Below are positions 37,499 through 46,942 of a stretch of DNA of 64,000 bases, piece after piece. How positions within the stretch are numbered: position 1 is the first letter of the stretch; every line of letters starts with the position of its first letter. The stretch comes from Balneola sp. GTDB lineage: Bacteria; Bacteroidota; Rhodothermia; Balneolales; Balneolaceae. A model generated the notes under the pieces. That model was given only the letters and a program-made list of their open reading frames with translations, made no database searches and was not told the origin of the DNA. The DNA lies in assembly GCA_965215865.1 (NCBI GenBank), contig OZ244125.1, positions 2,525,093 through 2,589,092 on the forward strand. The letters are read 5' to 3'. A program made the translations under genes and the position numbers.

Positions 37499-38806
37499 TT
37501 ACTCCACTTTCTTCATCGATTCAGGGAGTTGTTTAGTAGCTTTAGCTCCTAGTTCTTTAAGCATCTCTACCTGACGGATCACATTACCACTTCCTTCTGC
37601 TAAACGAGATTTCGCTTCATCATAGCTCTTTTGAGTCTGCTCAATACGATGTCCTACCTCTTCAAGGCTTTCAGCAAATAGCACAAACTTATCATACAAC
37701 GCTCCGCCTCTGTCAGCAATCTCCAAAGCATACTTATTTTGCCTGTCACGCTTCCAGATGGTATTAATGGTAAAGAGTGTGGCTAACAGCGTTGAAGGGC
37801 TTACGATCACTATATTCTTTTCGAACGCTTCATTGTACAAATTCGGCTCACTTTGCAAAGCAGCTGCAAATGCCGGTTCTACAGGGATAAACAGCAATAC
37901 AAAATCGGGAGTTTTGTCTGCGTAGATCTGTGGATAGTTTTTATCGCTCAATCCTTTTACATGAGCTTTTACTGATAATACATGCTGCTTCAGCGCGGAT
38001 TGAGCACTCGTTTCATCATCAGCTGAGGTAAATCGCTCAAACGCTGTTAAAGACACTTTGGAATCCACGATCAGGAATTTCTCGTCCGGAAGTTTAACGA
38101 CTACATCCGGTTGTAATCTTCTGCCGTCATCGGTGGTTTCGCTTTGCTGAGTAAAATATTCTTCATCCTTACGCAATCCGGATTTCTCCAGAATACTGGC
38201 TAGCACTACTTCTCCCCAATTTCCCTGTGCTTTGGAATCTCCTTTTAAAGCTTTGGTCAGGTTTTTGGCGTCTTCACTCATTTGCTGATTGAGCTGAACC
38301 ATGTTTTTGATCTGTTCTCTTAAACCCGATCGCTCCTGCGTTCCTTTTTCGTACGTCTCCTCAACTTTCTTTTTGAACTCTTCAAGTTTAAGCCCAAGCG
38401 GATTCAATATTTGATCTAAACTCTCTTTATTCTGCTTACTAAATTTCTCGGATTTTTCATCAAGGATCTTATTCGCCAGATTTTCGAATTGGATCTTCAG
38501 TTCTTCCTGCATGTTCGCCAGTTCACCTTTCTGCTCTGCCAGCTTTTCCTGAAGTGAACTGTAATCGGATTTTAAACCAGCAAGTTGGCGATCAAGATCA
38601 GCGCTTCTGTCTCTTTCCTCTTTTAGCTGATTTTCTTTTTCCTGCTGAAGAGCTTCCAGCTTTTGCTCGGTTTCGGTAAGCTGTTCATCCAGATTCGAAT
38701 TCCTCTCTTCCAGTCTGGAAGTCTCTGATTTCGATTTAAAATAAGCGATAAAAAATCCTGCGGTTGCTCCTACTGCCAATGCTATAACTGCTAAAATGTA
38801 ATCCAT
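37499..38806 (-). CDS. rmuC: DNA recombination protein RmuC
   Basis: N-terminal TM helix, a long coiled coil, and a C-terminal RmuC nuclease-like domain (PDVVVKLPDEKFLIVDSKVSLTAF...VLLFIPVE). The start overlaps the ndh stop by 1 nt (TAATG). Confidence 0.9.
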   Translation of the reverse strand: MDYILAVIALAVGATAGFFIAYFKSKSETSRLEERNSNLDEQLTETEQKLEALQQEKENQLKEERDRSADLDRQLAGLKSDYSSLQEKLAEQKGELANMQEELKIQFENLANKILDEKSEKFSKQNKESLDQILNPLGLKLEEFKKKVEETYEKGTQERSGLREQIKNMVQLNQQMSEDAKNLTKALKGDSKAQGNWGEVVLASILEKSGLRKDEEYFTQQSETTDDGRRLQPDVVVKLPDEKFLIVDSKVSLTAFERFTSADDETSAQSALKQHVLSVKAHVKGLSDKNYPQIYADKTPDFVLLFIPVEPAFAAALQSEPNLYNEAFEKNIVIVSPSTLLATLFTINTIWKRDRQNKYALEIADRGGALYDKFVLFAESLEEVGHRIEQTQKSYDEAKSRLAEGSGNVIRQVEMLKELGAKATKQLPESMKKVE

Positions 38807-40089
38807 TAATCTTTTTCTCTGTTTTTAAAGGGGCGAATGATCAGTCGAATCCCTTTATCATAAGTTATATAATTTTGAGTCCAGTTAATTAAAGCGACAA
38901 CCCTGTTTCTGAATCCCACGAGTGCCATCAAGTGTACAAACATCCAGACCAACCATGCCAATATTCCATCAAAGAAAAACCTCCCGACTTCTGCCACAGC
39001 TTTGTTTCTCCCTATCGTAGCCATCGAACCTTTATCTAAATATGAAAAGGGTTTCATTTCTTCTCCCTTCGCAAAATTATTCAGATTTTTGGCCAACAAA
39101 CCTCCCTGTTGTATAGCTGTTTGAGCTACCATTGGATCGCCATTCGGATTTTCGTCAGATTTCATTAGGCATACATCTCCAATGCAAAAGATCTCTTCGT
39201 AACCTTCAACTCTATTATATTGATCAACAAGGATTCTTCCCCGTTCAATAGATTGTGAATCTAGACCGTCAATTAAATTACCTGAAACTCCCGCAGCCCA
39301 AATCAACGTTTTTGAAGGCAGTTCTTTATTATCAGTTTTTACGGTTGAACCATCAAAGTCTTCAACTTTGGTATTTAACCAAACATTAACGCCCATTTCA
39401 GTCAAATACTCTTTGGCTTTTTCGCCTGCTTTGGGACCCATTGTTCCCAAAAGTGTATCGGTTGCTTCAACCAAGTGAACATTCATTCTTCTTAGATCAA
39501 GATCAGGATAGTCTTTGGGTAAAACATGTTTTTTTAATTCTGCTAAAGCGCCTGAAAGCTCAACTCCTGTTGGGCCTCCACCTACCACTACATAATTCAT
39601 TAAACGCTCTCTATCCTCCAGATCACTTGTTAAAAGAGATGCTTCACAATTCTCAAGAATAAGACTTCTAAGATTCAAAGCATCCGTCACTGATTTAAGT
39701 GCCATGCTTTTCTCTTCGATCACTTCATTTCCAAAATAGTTTGTTTTGCTCCCAGTGGCTATTATCAGGAAATCATAATCAATTGAACCGGCTTCAGTAA
39801 CAAGTCTTTTATTTTCTGAATCAATTCTTATTGCTTTGGTATTTCTGAAATAGAATTCTGATTTTTTCCAGAGGATCTTTCGAAGAGGATATGCGATGGA
39901 GTCCGGCTCCAGACCTGAGGTTGCAACCTGATATAACAATGGCTGGAAATTATGATAGTTATTTTTGTCAATAAGCACTACCTGGTAATATTTTGAAGAG
40001 ATTTGGTTCAGTATCTTCAAACCGCCAAAACCACCCCCTATTATTACTACTCTCTTTAAGTTTGATTCAGGAATATTAAGTGCTGACAT
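38806..40089 (-). CDS. ndh: Type II NADH:quinone oxidoreductase (NDH-2)
   Basis: VVIIGGGFGG, NYHNFQPLLYQVAT, a second dinucleotide fold VVGGGPTGVE, GD motif CIGDV, and C-terminal membrane-anchoring helices. Confidence 0.88.
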   Translation of the reverse strand: MSALNIPESNLKRVVIIGGGFGGLKILNQISSKYYQVVLIDKNNYHNFQPLLYQVATSGLEPDSIAYPLRKILWKKSEFYFRNTKAIRIDSENKRLVTEAGSIDYDFLIIATGSKTNYFGNEVIEEKSMALKSVTDALNLRSLILENCEASLLTSDLEDRERLMNYVVVGGGPTGVELSGALAELKKHVLPKDYPDLDLRRMNVHLVEATDTLLGTMGPKAGEKAKEYLTEMGVNVWLNTKVEDFDGSTVKTDNKELPSKTLIWAAGVSGNLIDGLDSQSIERGRILVDQYNRVEGYEEIFCIGDVCLMKSDENPNGDPMVAQTAIQQGGLLAKNLNNFAKGEEMKPFSYLDKGSMATIGRNKAVAEVGRFFFDGILAWLVWMFVHLMALVGFRNRVVALINWTQNYITYDKGIRLIIRPFKNREKD

Positions 40090-40094
40090 TTTAA

Positions 40095-40910
40095 CTACAT
40101 GTTTTTTAAAATTTCAGGCGTTCTTCTGCGAACTTCTTTATTGAAAAAAAGTCCGTTATGTCTTTGTCCTTTCAACATATAATGTTGATCGTTTCCATCC
40201 AAGAATTGATTTAATTTTATTGCTCTTTCTACAGGCAACACCTGATCGTTTTCAGCATAAAAAACAGTAATGGGTTCCTCGATCTTTTGTAAAGCCAGAT
40301 CTGTTCTTAACGGATAGCGAACCAGAAACGAAGGCAGAAAAGGATAAGCTGCATTTTTCATATCAACCATACTATAATAAGGCGTCCACAACATCAATCC
40401 TTGTGGATCATTTTCTGCTGCAATTTGAGCTGCAATTCCTGAACCCATCGAGTAGCCTAACAGGTAAATAGTCGATTCCTCATACTCTTTGGTCATTTCT
40501 TTATAGAGAATCATCATATCTCCAACAAGATCCTCTTCATTTTTGAGCTTCCCGGTACTTTTACCAAATCCGCGATAATCGGGATATAACACATCATATC
40601 CTTCGTCCATAAACAAGCTAAACTTCGCCGGACTGGTATCGTTATTTCCTGCATTTCCATGAAAGTAGATCACCAATCCTTTGGCTGAATCCTCCACTTT
40701 TGCATGAATAGCATGGATTTTAGCATTATCAGTGGTTTCAAAAAAACGTTCTTCGAAATCAAATCCGTAATTATAGGTATGATCTGCAGATAAAGGTCGG
40801 GGACTAAATAATATAGAATTCTGAATATTGTAGAAATAAACACACACTGCAACGTACAAAACACAAAGTGTGATAAAAGTAGCTAGTAAAGATTTTTTTG
40901 TCTTGGACAT
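40095..40910 (-). CDS. Alpha/beta hydrolase (ABHD13/Bem46-like)
   Basis: N-terminal TM helix, HGNAGN, PDYRGFGKSTG, nucleophile elbow GYSMGSG. Confidence 0.8.
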   Translation of the reverse strand: MSKTKKSLLATFITLCVLYVAVCVYFYNIQNSILFSPRPLSADHTYNYGFDFEERFFETTDNAKIHAIHAKVEDSAKGLVIYFHGNAGNNDTSPAKFSLFMDEGYDVLYPDYRGFGKSTGKLKNEEDLVGDMMILYKEMTKEYEESTIYLLGYSMGSGIAAQIAAENDPQGLMLWTPYYSMVDMKNAAYPFLPSFLVRYPLRTDLALQKIEEPITVFYAENDQVLPVERAIKLNQFLDGNDQHYMLKGQRHNGLFFNKEVRRRTPEILKNM

Positions 40911-41003
40911 GGAAGACTTTTGAGTTCTTTTGAAGCTACAAATACCTACCGAAAGAAGTTCGATAATTTGTAATTGCTGTTATATTTTTTAAACGCTAAG
41001 GTC

Positions 41004-41103
41004 ATCCTGAACTCGTTTTAGGATCTTTGTGAAGCCTGTATCTAAAACATTGGCAGATTTATAGCCAGAGACACACCTTAAGATCCCGAAATAAATTCGG
41101 GAT
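41004..41103. repeat. REP-like hairpins of the same family as 6073-6277
   Basis: atcctgaa-ctcgt-tttaggat (41004-41024) and atcccgaa-ataaa-ttcgggat (41083-41103). The agagacacacct block is shared with 565-576. Confidence 0.7.
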
Positions 41104-41185
41104 GACCTGCTTGCAATGTTTAGATTGGTCTAAATAAATTTTTCTACTAATTATATGATATCTAAAAGAATGACCTTAAAACACC

Positions 41186-41719
41186 TCAATTAAACACCAT
41201 CTGATGATATCCTTTGTGTATATATGTTGTGACAACTGTCAACATAGAAAGCCCGATCTTGATCTGAGTATTCACTTCATCATGTTCATAATTTCTTGCC
41301 AGTAAAGATTGCCCACAAACGTATAATTCCACTCCTGCTTCTTTGAGTTCATCAATAAGTTTCAGGTTTGGATTATCGAGTTCGTATTTCTTTCGATATG
41401 CTTCGTTATTCAGGATCACATCTGTAGCACCACCATGTATTGCAACAGCCACATTCAGGTTTTCAGCTTTTACTCCACCTAATCCATGAAGATTCAACAT
41501 TCTGGCAACATTATTGAGCCCGGGATTTATGCTTTCTTTGTCTCTTTGTAAAGTTTTGAGATCTACCACGATCTTATATTCAATTTCTGAATCGGGATTT
41601 ACCGCTCCTTCAATTTCATATATAGTGCCATAGTTTTTAATAATCGGATTAGCTCCTTTTTGGGCAAAAGCGTTCACTGTACAAACTAGTGCTATAAAAA
41701 TGGTAACTGAGTATTTCAT
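41186..41719 (-). CDS. Secreted DsrE/DsrF-like family protein
   Basis: Signal peptide. VAIHGGAT and ELYVCGQS (conserved Cys context of DsrE-like proteins). Confidence 0.6.
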   Translation of the reverse strand: MKYSVTIFIALVCTVNAFAQKGANPIIKNYGTIYEIEGAVNPDSEIEYKIVVDLKTLQRDKESINPGLNNVARMLNLHGLGGVKAENLNVAVAIHGGATDVILNNEAYRKKYELDNPNLKLIDELKEAGVELYVCGQSLLARNYEHDEVNTQIKIGLSMLTVVTTYIHKGYHQMVFN

Positions 41720-41733
41720 GTCTTTTTTGTTTT

Positions 41734-41789
41734 AGCTGTTAGCACTTAGCCGTTAGCCAATTCGAAGCATTTGCTAACGGCTATCAGCT
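41734..41789. repeat. Hairpin element of the gctgttagc / gctaacggc family
   Basis: 11-bp stem tagccgttagc / gctaacggcta (41747-41757 / 41773-41783), flanked by agctg / cagct. Confidence 0.65.
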
Positions 41790-41817
41790 AAAAGCTTATT
41801 TGATTAAATTTCAGGTT

Positions 41818-42978
41818 TTAGTTACTTCCAAATTTTGTCTTTAATACTCCGGCTGCTTTGGTATATCCGCCATCTCCGCCATCCACGAAATGTATATGTT
41901 GATCTTTTCGATCTCTTACGTAGCAGGACATAATGCTTTCTTTACTCCGATGTGTACCAAATTGTATCTCTGCATCAAATTCCATCTTGTTTAGAAATTT
42001 TTCCAATTTATCGTGCTGAGTTTTCAATCCGGATATTACTGTATTTATTCGTCCATCAAGCACTAATGTATCTGTTAGCTCTACAAGAGTATTCAGATAT
42101 TCCTGTCCTTCTTCATTGAACCGGAGATAAAACTTGCCAACAGCGGTTGAAAATGTTCTCTTTAGAAAAAATTTAAAATTTCTGGAGCCGTGTTTTATTT
42201 TCATTTCCGAGTTTATTCTATCCAGAGTAGCATTCAAGCTTAATCCTGCGATACTGATCGGACTTCTTTTTTTGTGTGACCCATAAATGTTCTCAATTTT
42301 GTCCAGCACTTTCTTGTACACAGGTCCTTGATCATCTCTGTTGCAAGCTTTAACTAATAAACACAAAATTTCATGTTGATCTTCCGGTGGTTTGATTCGG
42401 TCCCACCTGCATTCCATTCCTTCCAGGTTCAATATATTCTTCAGCACTTCCGGTGACTTATAAGAATCGTTTTCGCCCTTTATAATTCTTTCTACATAAT
42501 GGAGACCGCCTCCAAGAATAATCGGTATCGAAAGATGTTCATTGATCTTTCCTTTTGCCAATTTCAGCTTATATCCGTTGTCATATACTTCTGACACAGG
42601 CATATTTCCTACCCGCAAAAAGAGATCAAAATTATCAAAACTGTTGTACTGATGTTCATTCAGAGCGTTTAGACAATCTTCGAGTATCTCAGAAGGAACC
42701 AAAAGAGTAGCTCCATCTCCGCCGAAAAAGAAAGGAATCGTAATTTTAGCTTCGTGCGCTATATTTAAAACCGCAATAATACTTCCGGTGGCAATCAGAT
42801 TCACCACTTCATGCTTTCCTGAATTTATTGATTGAGTGGAATCTAAAATATCTGTTATAACAACGTGCCAATCAGAGGGTACATCCTCAAAGAGTTCTTC
42901 TTTTTGCAACAATCTGGAAATAGATTGTCGATACTCATTTAGATTCGTATAGAAATGGGGAGATCCGGTTGAAGACAT
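41818..42978 (-). CDS. DUF3095-like protein (possible divergent nucleotidyl-cyclase/GGDEF-like fold)
   Basis: 386 aa, soluble. FFFGGDGATLLVP and HFVDGGDGGYTKAAG motifs. Size and motifs fit my recollection of the DUF3095 family; this was not verified by a search. Confidence 0.5.
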   Translation of the reverse strand: MSSTGSPHFYTNLNEYRQSISRLLQKEELFEDVPSDWHVVITDILDSTQSINSGKHEVVNLIATGSIIAVLNIAHEAKITIPFFFGGDGATLLVPSEILEDCLNALNEHQYNSFDNFDLFLRVGNMPVSEVYDNGYKLKLAKGKINEHLSIPIILGGGLHYVERIIKGENDSYKSPEVLKNILNLEGMECRWDRIKPPEDQHEILCLLVKACNRDDQGPVYKKVLDKIENIYGSHKKRSPISIAGLSLNATLDRINSEMKIKHGSRNFKFFLKRTFSTAVGKFYLRFNEEGQEYLNTLVELTDTLVLDGRINTVISGLKTQHDKLEKFLNKMEFDAEIQFGTHRSKESIMSCYVRDRKDQHIHFVDGGDGGYTKAAGVLKTKFGSN

Positions 42979-43037
42979 AGGCTCAAAGATTAGCTATTTC
43001 ACCATTGAATACAAAACCAATTATGAATGAGCTGAAT

Positions 43038-43751
43038 CTAGAAATTTATCTTGAGATGGGCGGTAACTCCGGGTTCTCCAAATTCATTGAGATAACTAAA
43101 ACTTGCTTCCGGAATCCTTTCGGACATATCTCGTGCCCGAGAAAATGCATTAATACCACTTAATAATCTATTGGCAACCATTAAAGTAAGCAAAGTGGGT
43201 AGCTGATTTTCAGAATTTGCAACTCTGTCTCTTGTGTCACGAAATTCAAATCTATCGTTATCTGTTTCCCAGTTCCACCTGTTTTCGGGAGTGTCGGGAA
43301 GTACATTTTGCCAACGTCGGGTTCTAAGTTGAAAATCATTGTATTCATCCAGGTTATCAAAATTAGCTACTGCCAGCTCAAATTCTCTGTTTCTGTTGGT
43401 AAGTGAAACACCTGCTTTTGATCTGGCCAGAATATTCAGATTACCTTCCAGACGATTTGCTCTGGCACTAAGTCCAAAGAAACCTGCCAGAAGAGCTATT
43501 TCAGACCCCAAATGAATTTTACCTCGAGTCCAGTTTTCATTGTCAACATAATGATGGCCCAATCCTGGAACTACGAATGAGATCAGTAATGCGGTCTTCG
43601 GATTAGGTGTTTCTTCCAAATTTTCTATTTGCCCTGATTGATCAAATTCAATCCCTTGAGCCAAACTATTTTCAATAACCAATAACCAACAAGGAATGAT
43701 CAATATCCATTTTAGATATTTATTGAATCTGAATTTATTATGGTTGGTCAA
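43038..43751 (-). CDS. Hypothetical exported/membrane protein (DUF5683-like PGLG motif)
   Basis: Signal peptide ending LAQG. VVPGLGHHYV followed by a hydrophobic helix. Co-oriented 53 bp downstream of ccmF. Confidence 0.55.
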   Translation of the reverse strand: MTNHNKFRFNKYLKWILIIPCWLLVIENSLAQGIEFDQSGQIENLEETPNPKTALLISFVVPGLGHHYVDNENWTRGKIHLGSEIALLAGFFGLSARANRLEGNLNILARSKAGVSLTNRNREFELAVANFDNLDEYNDFQLRTRRWQNVLPDTPENRWNWETDNDRFEFRDTRDRVANSENQLPTLLTLMVANRLLSGINAFSRARDMSERIPEASFSYLNEFGEPGVTAHLKINF

Positions 43752-43804
43752 AATCGGTTATTGAATGTTGAAATTTTGATGCTGGAAAATCGGTACCGGA
43801 TATT

Positions 43805-46291
43805 CTACTTCTTCCTTTCTCTTCCCCAATGTCGGAAAATTGAAACGCTAAATCCAATCATCAGCAAAAAAGTACCCAGCCACACAACGGAAATAAAGGG
43901 CTTTTGTTCTGCAACAACTAAGATCCATTCACTTTCATATTCTTCATCTAATCCTTCAATGCTTAGATCTATTTCACCGCTTTCCGGATATACTTTTGAA
44001 AAACTGAATGTAAGATCATGTCCAGGTAACTCAACAGGTGGAGAAAACACGAATGTCTTGCCTTCCTCATCATTATATAGTGCAAATAACGGCTCAATCA
44101 AATACTGTTGACTACTAGCCATATGAGTAATTTGTATTTGAGCTCTTACTCCTATATTTGTATTTGGAGGTAATTTCGTGGTGTCTTCCATCGCATATTC
44201 CAGAAATGACATTTCGAATCCGCCAACAGTAATAGTCTCTCCTTTTTCGAATTGGATGGTCTGTGTCTCGGGAACTTTGCCTTCTTCTTTTGCAACCGGA
44301 TTAACATTAGCTCTTCGAGCTATCATATCATTTCTCTGTTTGATAAACGAACTTCCTGCTACATAAAGATAAATATCACTCAATAAACCGGACCGGACAT
44401 CAGGATCAACAGACCATTGAACGTTTTCCTGAGTAGAAGTTGCCAACATAGGATATACTTCCGGATTCATATAAAATGGTTCCCCACTTCCCAAAGGCAA
44501 AGGCTCGAAAAGAAGTTTATAAGTTTGCTGTCCGGGACGATTCTGATCCTGCAGATCAAATCCTGTATAGGTTACTATATACTTATCATTTACAATTTTC
44601 GGCTCTTCGAGTTTTAACTCCAGAAAAAGAACTGGTTCAGTAACCGTAAAACCCATTTCATCTTTGATCACACCTTGCTCAACCTGATTATTGTAATTGC
44701 TGATCCTTTCATCCAACATTGGCTTGTTGTAAACAGATGAGGCCAGAATCCCAATCAATAAAACCCCGAAGCCTACGTGTGTTACTGAGCCTCCGATCAA
44801 CTTTGGTTTTTTTACACACAGCTGAACAATTACGAAAGTATTTCCAACTACCGCAAAGAAAGCCGTAAACATATAGAGTATGTAGTACAAGTCTCTGACC
44901 TCACCAAAAAATACAGCCGCAATCGTTAAAGCAGATGTAATTAAAAGCGGATTTATAAGAGCTGATGATAAGGTTTCAAAAGAGTATTTTTTCCAAAATA
45001 GATACTGCCCAAAAACGGTAAATACCGCCATTATCATGGCAATAGGCATACTCCATTGATTGTAGAAACTAATTTCGGGAGGAGTTGGGTTTTCATTGAA
45101 CAACAATCCTATAATCGGAGAACTGGTTCCTAAAATGATCACAAGTCCAAGAATGAACAACAGGATTGCTCCCGTAAAAGTCATGAACTCACGAGATAAG
45201 ATCTTCGACTCTTTTTCCTGAGATGGAAGTTCTTTGTATCTCCACAAAAACATTCCCAAGCCCAGCCCGGTTATCACTAACATGAAAATCAGAAGCTGAT
45301 TATACAATCCAAGATCCACAAAGCTGTGAACTGAAGAATCTGCCAAAATTCCGGATCTGGTTAAGAAAGTTTCATAAACAATGGCTACATAAGCCAGCAA
45401 TGCAAAAATAATGGAAGACTTTTGAGCCACCGAGCTTTTTCGCTGAATGATCATAGTGTGAATACCGGCAGTACCAATCAACCATGGAACGAGTGAAGCA
45501 TTTTCAACCGGATCCCAAGCCCAAAATCCACCAAATGAAAGAGTTACATATGCCCAATAACCTCCCAGAAAAATAGCTGTAAGCAGTGCTACATTTGAAC
45601 TTAATGTCCATGGCAATGCAGGTCCAACCCATTCATTGTACTTTCTTTTCCATAATGCAGCCATAGCAAAACAGTATGGGATGGTCATCATAGAGAATCC
45701 AACAAACAAAAGAGGAGGATGAATCATCATCCATGGGCTTTTGAGCAGGTCATTCAATCCGCTCCCGTCCGGTGGAGCAAAATCGGGGTTATTCTGTACT
45801 ACAGGAATGTCCGGAAAGTTCTCTGCAAATGTTCTGAATGGAGAGGCTCCGATTGTCAGATCTCCAAATTGCCATCCAACGATCATTGATATCAAAAATA
45901 GCTGAGTAAGCGTCAGGAAAAACATCACCGGTGCACGATAAGGAGGGCGTGTCCATCGAATCAATCCCAAACCAAACAACCAGGAAAAGAATATCCACAA
46001 CATAAAACTACCTTCTTGTCCACCATAAAAAGCAGACCAGATGTATTTTGCAGAAAGATCTAAACTGGTGTAATTATAAACGTAATAGTATTTAAACTGA
46101 TGGGTAAACAGCAGATATACAAGAATCGCCGAAGCAGCGATCATAAACAAACCTTGAAAGCCAAAAAACCAGTTTCCGATCTTCAGCCTTTGCTCGTTTT
46201 CATCAGAAGCACTTTTAAAATAGTAGAAAAGGGAACCTAATCCAGAAACAAACGCCAGAGTAATTAAAAGTTTACCGACAATTCCGATCAT
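43805..46291 (-). CDS. ccmF: Cytochrome c heme lyase CcmF (System I) with a long C-terminal extension
   Basis: Multi-TM protein. WWD motif FGGFWAWDPVENASLVPWL. 828 aa including a non-membrane segment of about 250 aa before the last TM helix. The start overlaps the ccmE stop by 4 nt. Confidence 0.88.
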   Translation of the reverse strand: MIGIVGKLLITLAFVSGLGSLFYYFKSASDENEQRLKIGNWFFGFQGLFMIAASAILVYLLFTHQFKYYYVYNYTSLDLSAKYIWSAFYGGQEGSFMLWIFFSWLFGLGLIRWTRPPYRAPVMFFLTLTQLFLISMIVGWQFGDLTIGASPFRTFAENFPDIPVVQNNPDFAPPDGSGLNDLLKSPWMMIHPPLLFVGFSMMTIPYCFAMAALWKRKYNEWVGPALPWTLSSNVALLTAIFLGGYWAYVTLSFGGFWAWDPVENASLVPWLIGTAGIHTMIIQRKSSVAQKSSIIFALLAYVAIVYETFLTRSGILADSSVHSFVDLGLYNQLLIFMLVITGLGLGMFLWRYKELPSQEKESKILSREFMTFTGAILLFILGLVIILGTSSPIIGLLFNENPTPPEISFYNQWSMPIAMIMAVFTVFGQYLFWKKYSFETLSSALINPLLITSALTIAAVFFGEVRDLYYILYMFTAFFAVVGNTFVIVQLCVKKPKLIGGSVTHVGFGVLLIGILASSVYNKPMLDERISNYNNQVEQGVIKDEMGFTVTEPVLFLELKLEEPKIVNDKYIVTYTGFDLQDQNRPGQQTYKLLFEPLPLGSGEPFYMNPEVYPMLATSTQENVQWSVDPDVRSGLLSDIYLYVAGSSFIKQRNDMIARRANVNPVAKEEGKVPETQTIQFEKGETITVGGFEMSFLEYAMEDTTKLPPNTNIGVRAQIQITHMASSQQYLIEPLFALYNDEEGKTFVFSPPVELPGHDLTFSFSKVYPESGEIDLSIEGLDEEYESEWILVVAEQKPFISVVWLGTFLLMIGFSVSIFRHWGRERKK

Positions 46292-46683
46292 AATCTGCTT
46301 TGTGATGCTTTTTCAAATTCAGGAGCATCGTTGTACTTAGAAGGACATTTCATCAACATTTCGTTGGCATAGAATGTATCTCCTCTCATTTCTCCAATAA
46401 CAACTAATCGGTCGGCCTGCTCAAAATTGTTAGGCTTAGGTTTTGAATAAACCACTCTTTTACTTGCGCCGTCTTCATCCTTCATATAAAAAGAGAAGAT
46501 CTTGGTTTCCATAGAAAATCCATAATCCTTTGATTCATCAAGTACTCCGGCAACATGAGCGGTTTTCATTTCTGATGCTTTTTCGAAGTTTGTGTATGTG
46601 CTAATGCTCTCTCCAAAGTTATACATCAACAGAGAGGTAAAACCGATTATGGCAATGATTCCAAAAATTAACTTAGGCTTCAT
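46288..46683 (-). CDS. ccmE: Cytochrome c maturation heme chaperone CcmE, CxxxY variant
   Basis: N-terminal TM anchor and OB-fold-sized body. C-terminal LMKCPSKY sits where canonical CcmE has HxxxY. Located between the ccmD-like gene and ccmF. Confidence 0.8.
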   Translation of the reverse strand: MKPKLIFGIIAIIGFTSLLMYNFGESISTYTNFEKASEMKTAHVAGVLDESKDYGFSMETKIFSFYMKDEDGASKRVVYSKPKPNNFEQADRLVVIGEMRGDTFYANEMLMKCPSKYNDAPEFEKASQSRL

Positions 46684-46933
46684 GTTCTTCAGGGGTGTTT
46701 ATTGTTGATTCGAGCTTGCTCACATTTCTATCCACTTTGATCAGAAAGAACAGTAGCACCAACCAAATGATCAGCGTAACTCCGAGTACTACAAAAATGA
46801 GATCGTTTGAATACATAAATTGAATGAATGCGTTTGATTGATCAAGTTGTTCAGCTCCGCTCCACTTGTTTCCATATGTAGAAGTCAGAGTATCAACGGT
46901 AGCTTGAGGTGCATCTTGTATGCGAATATTCAT
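46673..46933 (-). CDS. ccmD: CcmD-like small membrane protein (alternative CcmD family)
   Basis: 86 aa with a single TM helix (VVLGVTLIIWLVLLFFLI) followed by KVDRNVSKLE. The position between ccmC and ccmE supports the call. Confidence 0.65.
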   Translation of the reverse strand: MNIRIQDAPQATVDTLTSTYGNKWSGAEQLDQSNAFIQFMYSNDLIFVVLGVTLIIWLVLLFFLIKVDRNVSKLESTINTPEEHEA

Positions 46934-46942
46934 TTCTTAAAA

